Source: Eledone cirrhosa (Eukaryota). Taken from it: a stretch of DNA of 64,000 nt. Within the stretch, counting starts at the first letter, position 1. Each line of letters starts with the position of its first letter. The notes below the pieces were generated by a model that saw nothing but the letters and a program-made list of their open reading frames with translations, did no database searches and was not told where the DNA came from. Of the stretch, positions 14,909 through 26,618 are shown piece by piece. The position numbers and the translations under genes are program-made. Where the stretch lies: positions 89,342,001-89,406,000 of the forward strand of contig OZ024740.1 in NCBI GenBank assembly GCA_964016885.1, read 5' to 3'.

Positions 14909-14969
14909 TTTCATTTACCAGTGGTTTCTTAAAAGCAAAGACATTTTGCTTTCAATCATCAGAATGAAA
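14909..14969 (-). ncRNA. Type I hammerhead ribozyme, intact core
   Basis: UUUCAUU-CUGAUGA-UUGAAAGCAAA(auguc)UUUGCUUUUAA-GAAA-CC(acu)GG-UA-AAUGAAA. 7-bp helix I, long helix II, GUA cleavage triplet. Confidence 0.85.
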
Positions 14970-15056
14970 AAATTCCTGGTGTATATATTGACGTTGGATT
15001 TTAAAAACCGAACGGTGGTTTTTAAAATCCAACGTCAATAAATACACCAGGATTCT

Positions 15057-15117
15057 TTTCATTCTGATGATTGAAAGCCACATTATTTTGCTTTTAAGAA
15101 AGCACTTGTAAATGAAA
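15057..15117 (+). ncRNA. Type I hammerhead motif, mirror copy with helix III disrupted
   Basis: UUUCAUU-CUGAUGA-UUGAAAGC...GCUUUUAA-GAAA-gcacuug-UA-AAUGAAA. Confidence 0.7.
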
Positions 15118-15214
15118 TAATTGCCTTATGTTGTTTATTACATAACTATTAAGCTCTGTTACCTACATAGAGCACTCTTTTTTCCTGGACTTTTCCGACG
15201 GAATTACTTCATTT

Positions 15215-15284
<70 letters not shown>

Positions 15285-15595
15285 GTGAGTGCGAGTGCGA
15301 GTGCTAGTGAGGAATTTGTAGTTCGCTTTAAGTGACAATGCAAGATGGAAGGTAGGTTGTGTAATGAATTGGTTGCCTTATATTTATTCCAAAATATGCC
15401 TTAGTGTGAAAGCTGTTATTTCATTTACCTGCCCATGAGCCAACTAGAACCTTGCTCCCTCAAAACATGCTATTCACGTGCCTCCTTCACCAGGTAAATA
15501 GATGACATTATTTTTCCCGCGTCCATTCCTGAAGAGTGCGACAAGTTATACAAGTTTTTTTGCAAAAGTGGACAAGAACATACGGTTCAGCGTAG

Positions 15596-17278
15596 AGGAC
15601 ACTGGCGACTCTGGATATTTCTACTTTCAAATCTTCTAATAATAAGTTCATCTTCTCAGATAAAACTAAAAACCTATATGAAGTTAATAATAATTTACAC
15701 GACCAACTATTAATAGATAATATCACCTCTAAATACCAAATAGCTAATATAAATACGTACCATAATATAAATAAGGAAGCTAAAGAATTAGCTGTTTCTT
15801 TAAAAATAGATAATAGGACAGAAAAACTTGCTAAACGTCCTGCGTATATCACCCTTAAAGATCATAAACCCGACTTTATTAATCGCCCTAGTTGTAGATT
15901 AATCAACCCTGCTAAGACTGATATTGGTCTTGCCAGCAAAAAAATTTTAAATAAATTAAATACACACATTAGAAGTAAGTCTAAATTACTCCAATGGATA
16001 AATAGCTCTTCCGTAGTACATTGGTTTAATAATATTAAAAACAAAATCAGTTCTAGATTCACCCAATTTGACATAGTAGATTTCTACGCATCTATTACTC
16101 AGACCCTTTTAGTGAAAGCTTTAAATTTCGCTAGAGGGTTCGCTAATATCTCCGATATTGAAGAGGATGTCATCTTGCATGCTAGGAACACTCTACTTTT
16201 TAATGATAATGACACTTGGGTAAAAATATCTAACCCAGAGAACCCATTCGATGTCTCAATGGGCTCTTATGACAGTGCCGAGGTTTGCGATCTTGTCGGC
16301 CTATTCCTCTTACATACACTTAAAGAAAAATTTCCTAACTATATTTTTGGGCTTTATCGCGATGATGGTCTAATACTTTCCCATACCACCATAGGCCATA
16401 ACTTAGATAGATTAAGGAAAGACTTAATAAAAACCTTCGCTAGTTTTAATCTTAAAATTACTATTGACACTAACCTTTCCAACGTAGATTTCCTAGATAT
16501 AAACCTAGATTTGCCTACTGCTTCTTATAAACCATACCATAAACCTAATGAACACTTAAAATATATAAATAAAGGATCTTGCCATCCACCTATAGTTTTT
16601 AAAAACCGTATCCCTAATATTAGCCGTAGGATCTCCACCCTCTCTTCCTCAGAAGCTATTTTTAATAAAGCCCTCCAAAATAGCGGCTTTAGCGAACCGA
16701 TTAAATACATACCTAACTACACTAACTCTATTAAACATAAAAATAGGAAAAGAAAAATAATCTGGTTCACACCCCCCTACTCTCTAGCAGTTAAAACTAA
16801 TGTAGGCAAAAAATTCCTAGAACTCCTAGATAAACATTTCCCTAGAACGCATAGATACTATAAGATCTTTAACAGAAACTGTGTTAAAATTAGCTATTCC
16901 TGCGGTCCCCCTATTAAGTCCGATATCCTCAACAAAATATCACCTAGAGAAAATCAAACTTGCTCCTGTAGAATCAAAAGTGAATGCCCATTACAAGGTA
17001 AATGCAACACCAAAGCCATTATATATGCGGCTAAAGTGACAACCATCAGGAACAACCATCCGGCCACCAGTGAACGATATGTGGGTATGACGCAAGACAG
17101 ATTCAAAACGCGTTATTACTCACATGTCGCATCATTTCGACATCCAGAAAAAAGATTTACAACAGCTCTGGCTAGCAGAATTTGGGATTTGAAAGACCAA
17201 GGCATCCAATATAAACTAGATTGGTCAATTTTGAACCAATCTAAAAAATATGCTAGAGGAACAAGAAAATGTAGATAA
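15596..17278 (+). CDS. 5'-truncated PLE polyprotein, Hydra-clade-like RT plus GIY-YIG endonuclease (3' end cut off)
   Basis: Frame is open from 15596, upstream of the listed start. Motifs SDKTKNLY, YITLKDHK, CRLINPAK, QFDIVDFY, MGSYDSAEVCDLVG, GLYRDDGL, WFTPPYS, CxCx5C linker (CSCRIKSEC) and IY...YVG...FKTRY. Ends at GTRKCR*. Confidence 0.85.
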   Translation, partial: RTLATLDISTFKSSNNKFIFSDKTKNLYEVNNNLHDQLLIDNITSKYQIANINTYHNINKEAKELAVSLKIDNRTEKLAKRPAYITLKDHKPDFINRPSCRLINPAKTDIGLASKKILNKLNTHIRSKSKLLQWINSSSVVHWFNNIKNKISSRFTQFDIVDFYASITQTLLVKALNFARGFANISDIEEDVILHARNTLLFNDNDTWVKISNPENPFDVSMGSYDSAEVCDLVGLFLLHTLKEKFPNYIFGLYRDDGLILSHTTIGHNLDRLRKDLIKTFASFNLKITIDTNLSNVDFLDINLDLPTASYKPYHKPNEHLKYINKGSCHPPIVFKNRIPNISRRISTLSSSEAIFNKALQNSGFSEPIKYIPNYTNSIKHKNRKRKIIWFTPPYSLAVKTNVGKKFLELLDKHFPRTHRYYKIFNRNCVKISYSCGPPIKSDILNKISPRENQTCSCRIKSECPLQGKCNTKAIIYAAKVTTIRNNHPATSERYVGMTQDRFKTRYYSHVASFRHPEKRFTTALASRIWDLKDQGIQYKLDWSILNQSKKYARGTRKCR

Positions 17279-19220
17279 GATCAGGCCCATCGTATCAAGC
17301 GTGGAGGGACCACTCTACAAAATTTCATGGCTCCTAGCCAGAATACTCAAACCCATCTTAGACACCTTGCCGGGACACGTTAACAGCTCCGAGGATGTGT
17401 TGAAGCGCCTGCATCAAATGGATCCCGATACCCGAAGGAATAACAGATATGCCTTCAGCCTTGATGTAGTCGCTCTCTACACCTCGGTCCCGGCACTCCC
17501 GGCCGTCAATATACTGATGGAACGCGTCCAATCCACCAACCTACACTGCTTCGGGCTCACCACCACTGACATCCACCAACTCCTATCCATCGTCGTCGAC
17601 AACACCTACTTCGGATTCCTTGACCAAATATACCAACAAACTTCGGGATTGCCCATGGGATCAAGCCTATCAGGTGTGCTAGCGATCTCTTACATGGAAA
17701 ACCTCGAACGCAAGGCACTTAACGCCTGCCACCCCAACGCCGTAGCCTTTTTCTCGAGGTACGTGGACGATATCCTCATCCTCACATCTTCCCAAGACAT
17801 GGCGAACAGAATCTATGAGACGTTCAACAACACGGACGAGAACATTGACTTCAGTGTTGAACACCCCAACGAAGACGGGTCACTTGCCTTCCACGACTTC
17901 CGAATCAACATCACGGAACAAGGAGGGATCCACTGCAACATCTACCGAAAGGCAGCCTGCAGGGACCTGTTCGTCCACTACAAGTCCGCCCTGCCTAACA
18001 GTGCCAAAAGAGGATACATCACGCACGAGATCGCGCGAATCAAAAACTGATGCAGCGATCCCGCGAGTGGTGTCCCTCATACCAAGCGATTCCTCGAGGT
18101 GCTGGAGACGAACGGGTACCCTACCTCGGCACAGACAGTATAGGAGACACCAGACGCAAGAGACAGAGAAGCACCCAAGGCAAGTGCTTCCTTAAAATGC
18201 CACACCTGGGCGAGAAAACCACCAACGCTATCCGCAAGGCTATACGGAGGGAGGGCCTCGACATCCACCTGGCCCACTCGGGCCCCTCCCTGCGAAGATG
18301 CCTCTCCAGGAAACCCGAAAAATCTACTGACGCATGCTCCCTCAGAGACTGCCCGATGCGCCATGCGAACTGTTGCCTACGCACATACGTCGTGTATGAG
18401 ATAGAATGTGACAGGTGCAACCAATACTACATAGGTAGCACAATTCGACCGTTGCACATCCGGATCAAGGAACACACTAAAACCAGGGCCTCGTCTTTCC
18501 GGAAACACATAGACAAAGACGGAAGGCCCATTGTCACAATTCTAGCGACTGAAAGAAACGTCGGCACGTTACGTATCAAGGAAGCGCATTTTATCAAACG
18601 ACTGCAACCGCAAATAAACAACCGATCAGAGAGAAGCGAAATAAGATGGCTGGTTTAAGTTAACAAGCGATGCAACAACACACAACACACGCACACACAT
18701 ACACACGCAAACGAGACAACTACACACACACACAGTAACATTTAACAAACAGGCAGAGAATGGACTGACAGCTAGCGCCATCCCACTCCCTCATTCGGCC
18801 GCTGACCTCTGTACGACCGACACCATTTCACGCGCACGCGCGCTCTGCCGAATACCTCAGATATTCAAAACAACAAACAGCGAAGGACGCATTCCGCACT
18901 TATCCGACAGACAACCTTTTCCCCCACCCCGGGAGAAAATAACCCCAGTTATATATATAGGGACTATTAAATCTCTTCCAATTAACTCTCTCTTGTGTTG
19001 TTATTTTTATTTCATCCTTTATACTCTTCCCTTCATTCTACACATCTCACACATCTTATACACACCACGCATCTCAGCGTACACCCACTTACATCTCTCT
19101 CTCCACCACCGGACCTTGTTACCCGGAGATTTACCCATTTGCATTGTCGAGGCTTCCAAACGACTTAAAGATATTTACTTATTGTTCCACAATCCTTCAA
19201 GCAAACTTCAATACTCTCAT
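17274..19220 (+). mobile_element. 5'-truncated PLE of another clade (Nematis/Penelope-like): RT, GIY-YIG and 3' UTR
   Basis: IRPIVSS..GP..ISWLL, SLDVVALY, QTSGLPMGS, RYVDD. Endonuclease VVYEIECDRCNQYYIGST..LHIRIKEH. TGA at 18048-18050 and a frameshift near 18140. Much higher GC than the upstream part. Ends in (TA)n. Confidence 0.85.
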
Positions 19221-19508
19221 ATATATATATATATATATATAACAAATATGAGAAGAAAGAAGAATACTGCGCGGTTTGCACATGGGTTACATAAGATAAA
19301 GTAGTCCTTCGTCAGTGATTTTCCAACCATCATTGCTATTTCATCGCAATAAAAATCAGATACCTCAGGTTGGTGCGAGCAATAATCTAAAACAGTTATT
19401 GGTACCAGTAATCGCGTAAAGCGAGGGGGATAAGTGAACAACATAGAAGGAAATAAACAAGCAACATGGTAGTCCTGGTCAGCATAAGCAGGGTGGATTT
19501 CATGAGCG

Positions 19509-19555
<47 letters not shown>

Positions 19556-19558
<3 letters not shown>

Positions 19559-19749
19559 TTGGTAAACGGAATAGAAAATGCTGAGAAATTGTTCACAGTT
19601 GAAAATGGTTTAATTAGGAATAAAATAGTATTAGTGATTGTATGGGTTAGTATTCAGTTGTGGTTTTAAGTTTTTAAGTTTTTACCGGTTGCGCATTTCT
19701 AAATGCTTTTCAAAAATAATTTTGAGATAGAGTGTCCGTGCTGTTTGCA
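19556..19749 (-). mobile_element. Solo pseudo-LTR fragment of the Neptune element at 26221-31220
   Basis: Near-identical to 26221-~26413. Flanked by (TA)n. Confidence 0.85.
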
Positions 19750-19879
19750 CATATATATATATACCTAGCAACTCAGCTCTTTTCGTGAATTCGCGTCCCC
19801 GCCCTATTGATTTTCCGAATAGTATTCATGGTACCTCTACGTTCTCTCTGGGCTTATGTTTACGATTATCTTGTAATGA

Positions 19880-20090
19880 TTTCCTATTTAGGCACAATGT
19901 GAACAATTTTTGGGGGAAGTGAAAGTCAATTAAATCGAACCCATTTTGTTTGTGGTACTTTATTTTATCGAACCAGTAAAGATGAAGCCCACAGATATAC
20001 TCAACAGAGTAGGTAACAAAAGTTTACGTAATTGTATGTCGCAAAGCATGTTCTCCGTGTTTCTGCCGATTCTGCAAATCCACCGGCCTA
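19880..20090 (-). mobile_element. Degenerate SINE (related subfamily)
   Basis: ttcctatttaggcacaa, ggtactttattttatcga...gatgaag and gattctgcaaatccaccg remnants. Confidence 0.55.
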
Positions 20091-20269
20091 AATGTCCTTA
20101 TAAATACAAAACATTTCCTGCATATTTGCTTCAGGAATAACATCGATATCTTTTTTTATACGAGTATTACTATATCGCAGCGTTCTATATCACAAGAAAA
20201 TTGTTTCCTTTAATAATTAGAAGGAGATTTGAGACTCACAATGTGAGTGGAAGAATATATACATAGAAA

Positions 20270-20800
20270 TGTATGATAGTCTAGATATCTCTTCCACATG
20301 TTCGGGTGGTTTGTTCAGTCCAGCAGTTATATCTGAGTAGAAGGCGTCTTTGATTACCACAAGTGGCTGAACATATACATTGAAATCAAGCTGTATTGCA
20401 TGCGGACTAGAAGTATCATTTTCCTGAATTCAGTCGTTGTTACTGCACATTTGTATCCATATAGGAAATAGGCGCCATCCCAAATAAATGTTCTTACATC
20501 CAGACGACTGATATCGCAATGTCCATTCTTTCATAATTTATGTTGGTAGGTTTCACGCAATCGTTAATTTGGTGGCATGCGTAATTCAACGCGGTGTCAT
20601 GATATTAAAATCATAGGCTTCTCAGAAACTGAACATGCAACGTATCTATCATTCGTTTTCATAATATAAAGAGCATTACATTATTCAATGGGCTGTTCCA
20701 CCTTTTGTATAATATACCATGATATTAGAGAAATTCTTTCGAAAAATTAATGCTTAAGCGCCGTCATAAAGACGCTCCCTCAAAATGTGTTAACAAACTC
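20270..20800 (-). mobile_element. Possible old Mutator/MULE transposase relic
   Basis: Minus-strand remnants resembling DGTF (YDGA) and the C-terminal HPNxW (NHPNMW) motif, at plausible spacing. Heavily degraded. Confidence 0.25.
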
Positions 20801-22159
20801 CTCATATTAACAAATAGAATGACATATCAATGTGGGATATTGTACTAAATGCATGTATTAACTCCTTGTGTAGTAATTATAGTAGGATATGGTGCAGAAT
20901 CACACGATGCAGGCATGAAGTTAAGACCGAATAAATCCATATTTACTCTCGAAAACGTAGTCAGAAGTCAGATAGGAAGTTCATATGCACAGTGTTCTCA
21001 CATATTCCAGGACTACTGCCACGTTTATGACGGTTTCAACATCCATTAATCTTATGATTATATCGATGTGAGAAAAGAATAATGAATATTGCATTTAGTA
21101 ACATAATCATTAAACTTTGAATATAAAAAAAAATTTCTGAGTCCTATTTTATTTTTCCTCATAAAATCAATATATAAAATATATATACCAATATCTCTAC
21201 GAATAATCCTATCCAGGAATGGCTTTCTGATTAAGAATTATGTTCATATCTGTAATGAAGGTCATACAATCGTTCTGGAATTGATACAACTTTCCGTGGT
21301 ATTGCTCAAGAATTCTTGTTACTGATACTTTGCTATGACCAAGTCTGTGTGAGGAGAATATGTTTGAGAGATACGTTGTGGTTGACTGCTGTATGTGTAA
21401 ATATATTTAATTATAGTTACTAATATGAGTAGCCGGATACCGATAAATACAGATTGTAATAGATTCCCAGAGATAAGAAAAACAATACTATGGTCGATAT
21501 GATTTTTTAAAAGTTTTGTACGATAGAAGTATAATACAACGGAACTATAAATTTACCGTTCAATAATGAGTTAATAAAAGCTTCTTGCTCTTAAAAGAGT
21601 TTACAGTTATACGCAAGAAAATATATGATTAATATTTATATCAGGACAATATTAATTCCTTACAGAAAATATGTAAGTTCAAGTAATATAATTGAAGCCT
21701 TTGCAATAAAAAAAATAAAAAGAACAGGGATTTTGTTACGAGAAGGCTTGCAGAAATAGTAAGTATCAAAATGGCGTCCAATACCTGAGCGCAATGTACA
21801 ACATATAGCAGATAATACAAATTATTTGGGAAAAGGGGTGAGAGTAAATATTGATTAATTATATGTTTGTACAAAGGCATAAATATAGGTAAATGTAGGC
21901 AGTATTCCGTACTAAATGAAGGAATTAAATATATATTATGACAATGAACATAATCTAAATAACGGATATAGATATATGACTAGCGGTAGATCATTGAATT
22001 AATGTACGATTTTCTCACAAGTAACGCAGTGCACATGTATTCAATCTGATTTGTTTGAAGTGAAATTGCAATGCCGACAATATGTGTCGTATATATTTTG
22101 AGCATCTGCTGTTTGTAACGTATGATACACTACTATGTTATATTGATTTATGAAAAGTT

Positions 22160-22211
<52 letters not shown>

Positions 22212-22587
22212 GTGAAGACTAAAATCAGAAGATTCCGTTAGGGGTTAAAGCAGCGATTCTTTACATATACTTTAATTAGTTCTTATAATGTTAAATGTGT
22301 ATAATATGTATAAAATGAATCATTGACTTGATTTTCTCATTTTTTTCCTCTCTTAACGTTTCCTCACCATTCATGTTTGTTTACCTGTCACTTTTTCTCC
22401 ACCCAATTCTTTTTATCCCAATAACTTATTTTAGTTATTGTTCGCGCTAGCCTGAGGTATCTGGTCTTTAATGCGAGGAAATACCTATGATGACTAGTAG
22501 ATCACTGATGATGGATAATCCTATTTCTAATTCTTCCTTTTAATTTGTATATCACATGTACAACAACACAGCACGCCCTTTTTCATT

Positions 22588-22675
<88 letters not shown>

Positions 22676-22680
<5 letters not shown>

Positions 22681-22926
22681 TTATACTTGGGGAGGGTCAT
22701 ATTTGCGTAATATTGCCAGAATTAATAACAGAACACACTCACTGTTTGGTTGGTTTTCGCTTCTCGCTGTCTTTTATATCTGCGATCTAACTTACTCGGT
22801 CCTCAATGTTGCCATTGACTGACCGGCGGTCAAATATAATACAGATACAATATAGACACAAACACATATATATATATATAATTTACAAAAATCTTTCGTT
22901 GCACATCTGCAACATCGTCAGTGGTA
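22676..22926 (+). repeat. Unclassified ~250-bp dispersed repeat (inverted copy at ~51140-51400)
   Basis: High identity between the two copies. Both are embedded in (TA)n. Confidence 0.85.
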
Positions 22927-24469
22927 TATATATATATATATATATATTGGAAAATGTGTAGAGTTAGGTATATTTGAAAAACGGAAAGGAATGACTTCAC
23001 TATATATATACATATATTTGCATATAATTAGTGTATATGAGCCCGTGCATGTGCATGTGTAAATGTATGGGTATGTAAGAACTAGAATATGTATATGGGC
23101 TGTATGTATGTTTATAGGAATAGAAGTAAATATGGGAGCTACCATCATCCCCTCAACTCCCCTTCCAAACCAATAATAATAACCTACATTTCCATCAACA
23201 AATATTCCAAAAGTAACCTTATTTTTCTCTTTACTGCCATCCACTTTTGTCAACACACATGTATCTTACACATCATAAGCCCAAACCACCACCACCACAC
23301 ACCCAAATTCAACTTTAATATATAATATTGTTGAGGTTTTTATTTATTAATTTAAGGTAGTTTATTCAGCTATGAATAAAGAATTTGAAAGGCATCTCAC
23401 CATTATATTTCATTAAAAAAATGTAGTCTATGGAAATTGAAATAGTATGTGGGCATTTTCACAATCTCTATCCAAAACACTCCTTAAATACCCCATACTT
23501 CCTAACTCCACTATCAATCAATTATCTTGCTTTTACCATTCACTATTTTCTTTTGATCTCCTGTGTATATACATATGCCTTACTACCTTTAAAAAGGTAA
23601 ATGTGATTATCTGTCTACAGACTAATTCATTACTTTCTGCTACTCCACCTGCTGGCGACAGTCTATATGCAACTGGCCTGCACACAATTAGGTAATGCTA
23701 TTAAGCATTACATAATTGGCTAAGAGCAGCTTCATCTGCGAGAAATTATCCTCTTCGGAACAGGTCAGAACGCATCTTCTGTTTTGGTTTAAAGTCGTCA
23801 TTATAGTAGCAATCTCCACTTTTAATGGACCGTGAAGATGATGTAGCAAGCGCTGGCTATTTCAAAGAACACTTCGGCACGCTCTTTTAAAATTGAAAAA
23901 AATGGCAGAATAAACAACGAAGCACACAACCATGGCTTTTATATAGGAAATAAATACAAAACTTGCCAAAGTAATTCGTAAAAATCGAACTATAATAAAC
24001 AGTAACATTTTCAATTTACAATTTGGATGGTGGGTTACTCTGTTTAAATATTTATAGTAAAATTGAGATCATGTGTGTATGTGTGTTTGGGAGTGTTTGC
24101 ATGTGTGTGTGTGTAGTGGAGTGTATGTGGGCGTGTGTAGAATACATATGTTTTCTTTGATATTTAATTTAATTCTTCTTTGACTTACAATGCCATCTCT
24201 TTTTTCTTTGAATCAATAAAGAGCTAAGTACTTACAAATATGAAGAATGTTTTTGTATAAACCGGTGTATGTATATATAATCATATTGTGAATGAACTCA
24301 TTTCTTTAATACATAGATTATACGTGTACTTGTGCATACGACGTTTTGATTTGTGTTGATATTTGTATAACATATGAACACATGTTATTGTGCGTATCTA
24401 TATATTCCAGATACCTAAAACAGAAAACATTTATAATGGTTTGCAATACTTTAGGTACGACTAAATGTT

Positions 24470-25000
24470 TATAGTCCGACCCCAAGCGCTGTAATTTGCG
24501 CATAAGCTTGACATATATCTCGTTTTCTCAACTGTAAACGCTACATTGATTTTTACTCGGCAGTCTGGAGCTATGACAGTCTATATCCTTTTTCTTCTAC
24601 AATAAATAACTATATCCGTTCTGTTGTATTTGAAGTAGATCACTGATTTTATTGAAGTGTTCCGTCAGTGTTCCTTAACTTTTATTGTGGTTATATAATC
24701 AGATACTGGTATTCGTTTTCAATCAGTTTCAGCTCAATCATTTAGGCGGATATCATTGCAAATAATTTTCGAAGTGATATTTCTATTCAGTGAGTACATA
24801 AATGATATGACTCATATCTCACACACTGTTATGTTACAACTGGAACTTATTGGTTCATGGAGTTAGTTTGGGGCTTAAATATCACTGTTGCATGATGGAA
24901 AGAAATATACATATAACATTGAAATTTACTTCATATCACTGCCTGAATCATTCTCTTTATAATATATACTGACAATGGTGATATTGATGTCGTGATTACC
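24470..25000 (-). mobile_element. Possible old PLE GIY-YIG relic
   Basis: Minus strand SHIIYVLT (compare NVIYVLTC at 29.7 kb) and terminal E..KLMRKLQRLG. Many stops. Confidence 0.25.
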
Positions 25001-25164
25001 ATCGCTGGTTAGTATATTCCTAATAATATATGACGATGGCTTTGACTTTCATGCGTTTCAAAGTTTGAGTGGAAATGTATATATTTGTCACTCTTGAGGA
25101 GGTCAATCGGTCTACGGCTCATGGATGGCTTCTAGACATTCTATCCCAGCAGTATTACAAGAGG

Positions 25165-25285
25165 GCACTTGAAATAAAGGTGAGAGTGAAAAGGTAAATG
25201 CTGTATCCTGTACAATTGTTAATGTGAATGCAGCAAGGATGTTCCGGGTGAAGGGACCTACGTTGAGCAAGCGCCTGTAATCAAT
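25165..25285 (+). mobile_element. Fragment of the Tx1-like LINE ORF2 3' end
   Basis: Aligns by eye with 58220-58342 (..gtgaagggacctacgttgagcaagcgcctgtaa vs ..gtaaaagggcctactctgagtatgcgcctgtag). Confidence 0.5.
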
Positions 25286-25672
25286 GGTCTTTGCGATTAG
25301 GTTGTTTTCGGATCTGTTGGAATACAATTCTTCCCATACCTGTTGCACAATTTATTGTGTAATACTGTTGATATTTACTTATTCTTAGCTGCTACCTATT
25401 TTCCTTTTTATAGATCAGATTAAACGGAATAACACCAAACATATTAGGTGACACAGAGAAGAAGAAATAATTCTTGACTTGGACACAATATTGGGAGATG
25501 AAAGACCTCTGAAAAAATAACCAGTAACTAATAATAATAAAGATAAAGCGATAGCGAAATAGAACGTGCGTCGTTCTTTGCAGAATTAGGAAATTCACCA
25601 TCACGAAATTTAACAAAATCTGTCTCGAAACATGATTTTATGTCAATAATCTTACAAAATAAATACATTAAC

Positions 25673-26188
<516 letters not shown>

Positions 26189-26618
26189 AAAAAAAAAATG
26201 TATATATATATATATATATGTATTGGTAAACGGAATAGAAAATGCTGACAAATTGTTCACAGTTGAAAAATGGTTTAATTAGGAATAAAAGAGTATTAGT
26301 GATTGTATGGGTTAGTATTCAGTTGTGGTTTTAAGTTTTTAAGTTTTTACCGGTTGCGCATTTCTAAATGCTTTTCAAAAATAATTTTGAGATAGAGTGT
26401 CCGTGCTGTTTGCTCTGATCTGATTAGTTTTGGGAATTCTACCTGTTTTTATGTTAAAAAAATGGCTCCAGCGTTATTTTTGTGTTGCAAAAATGCTTGT
26501 GGTCAAAACAAATGTGAATGTAAAAAGTTGATTTTGCGCCAAGACTGTTTTTATGTTAAAATGTTAGAAAAGTGGCTCCAGCAAAAATTATGGTCAAAAC
26601 AATTTTGATTGGTCGGTA

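Larger units (their letters stand above)
14877..15214. mobile_element. ORF-less palindromic mini-PLE (inverted pLTR pair plus tail) in (TA)n
   Basis: Arms 14877-~15009 and ~15017-15149, followed by an unpaired ~65-bp tail. (TA)n on the left, (CA)n/(TA)n on the right. A hammerhead lies in each arm. Confidence 0.8.

Noticed and set aside
18048-18050. In-frame TGA as selenocysteine (as in Naiad PLEs)
   Set aside because: It sits at a position normally Arg (KNRCS), so CGA>TGA decay is simpler. A frameshift follows, no SECIS was recognised, and the domain order is RT-EN, not Naiad.
19578-19615. CUGAGA-aauug/caguu-GAAA hammerhead-like string in the Neptune pLTR antisense strand
   Set aside because: No helix I partner, and the core reads CUGACA in the young copies.
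22450-22530. ctgatga and gaaa strings (also near 3090, 4855, 19310, 32090, 41115, 46040)
   Set aside because: Core halves are not in register, or helices I-III cannot be formed. At best degenerate.
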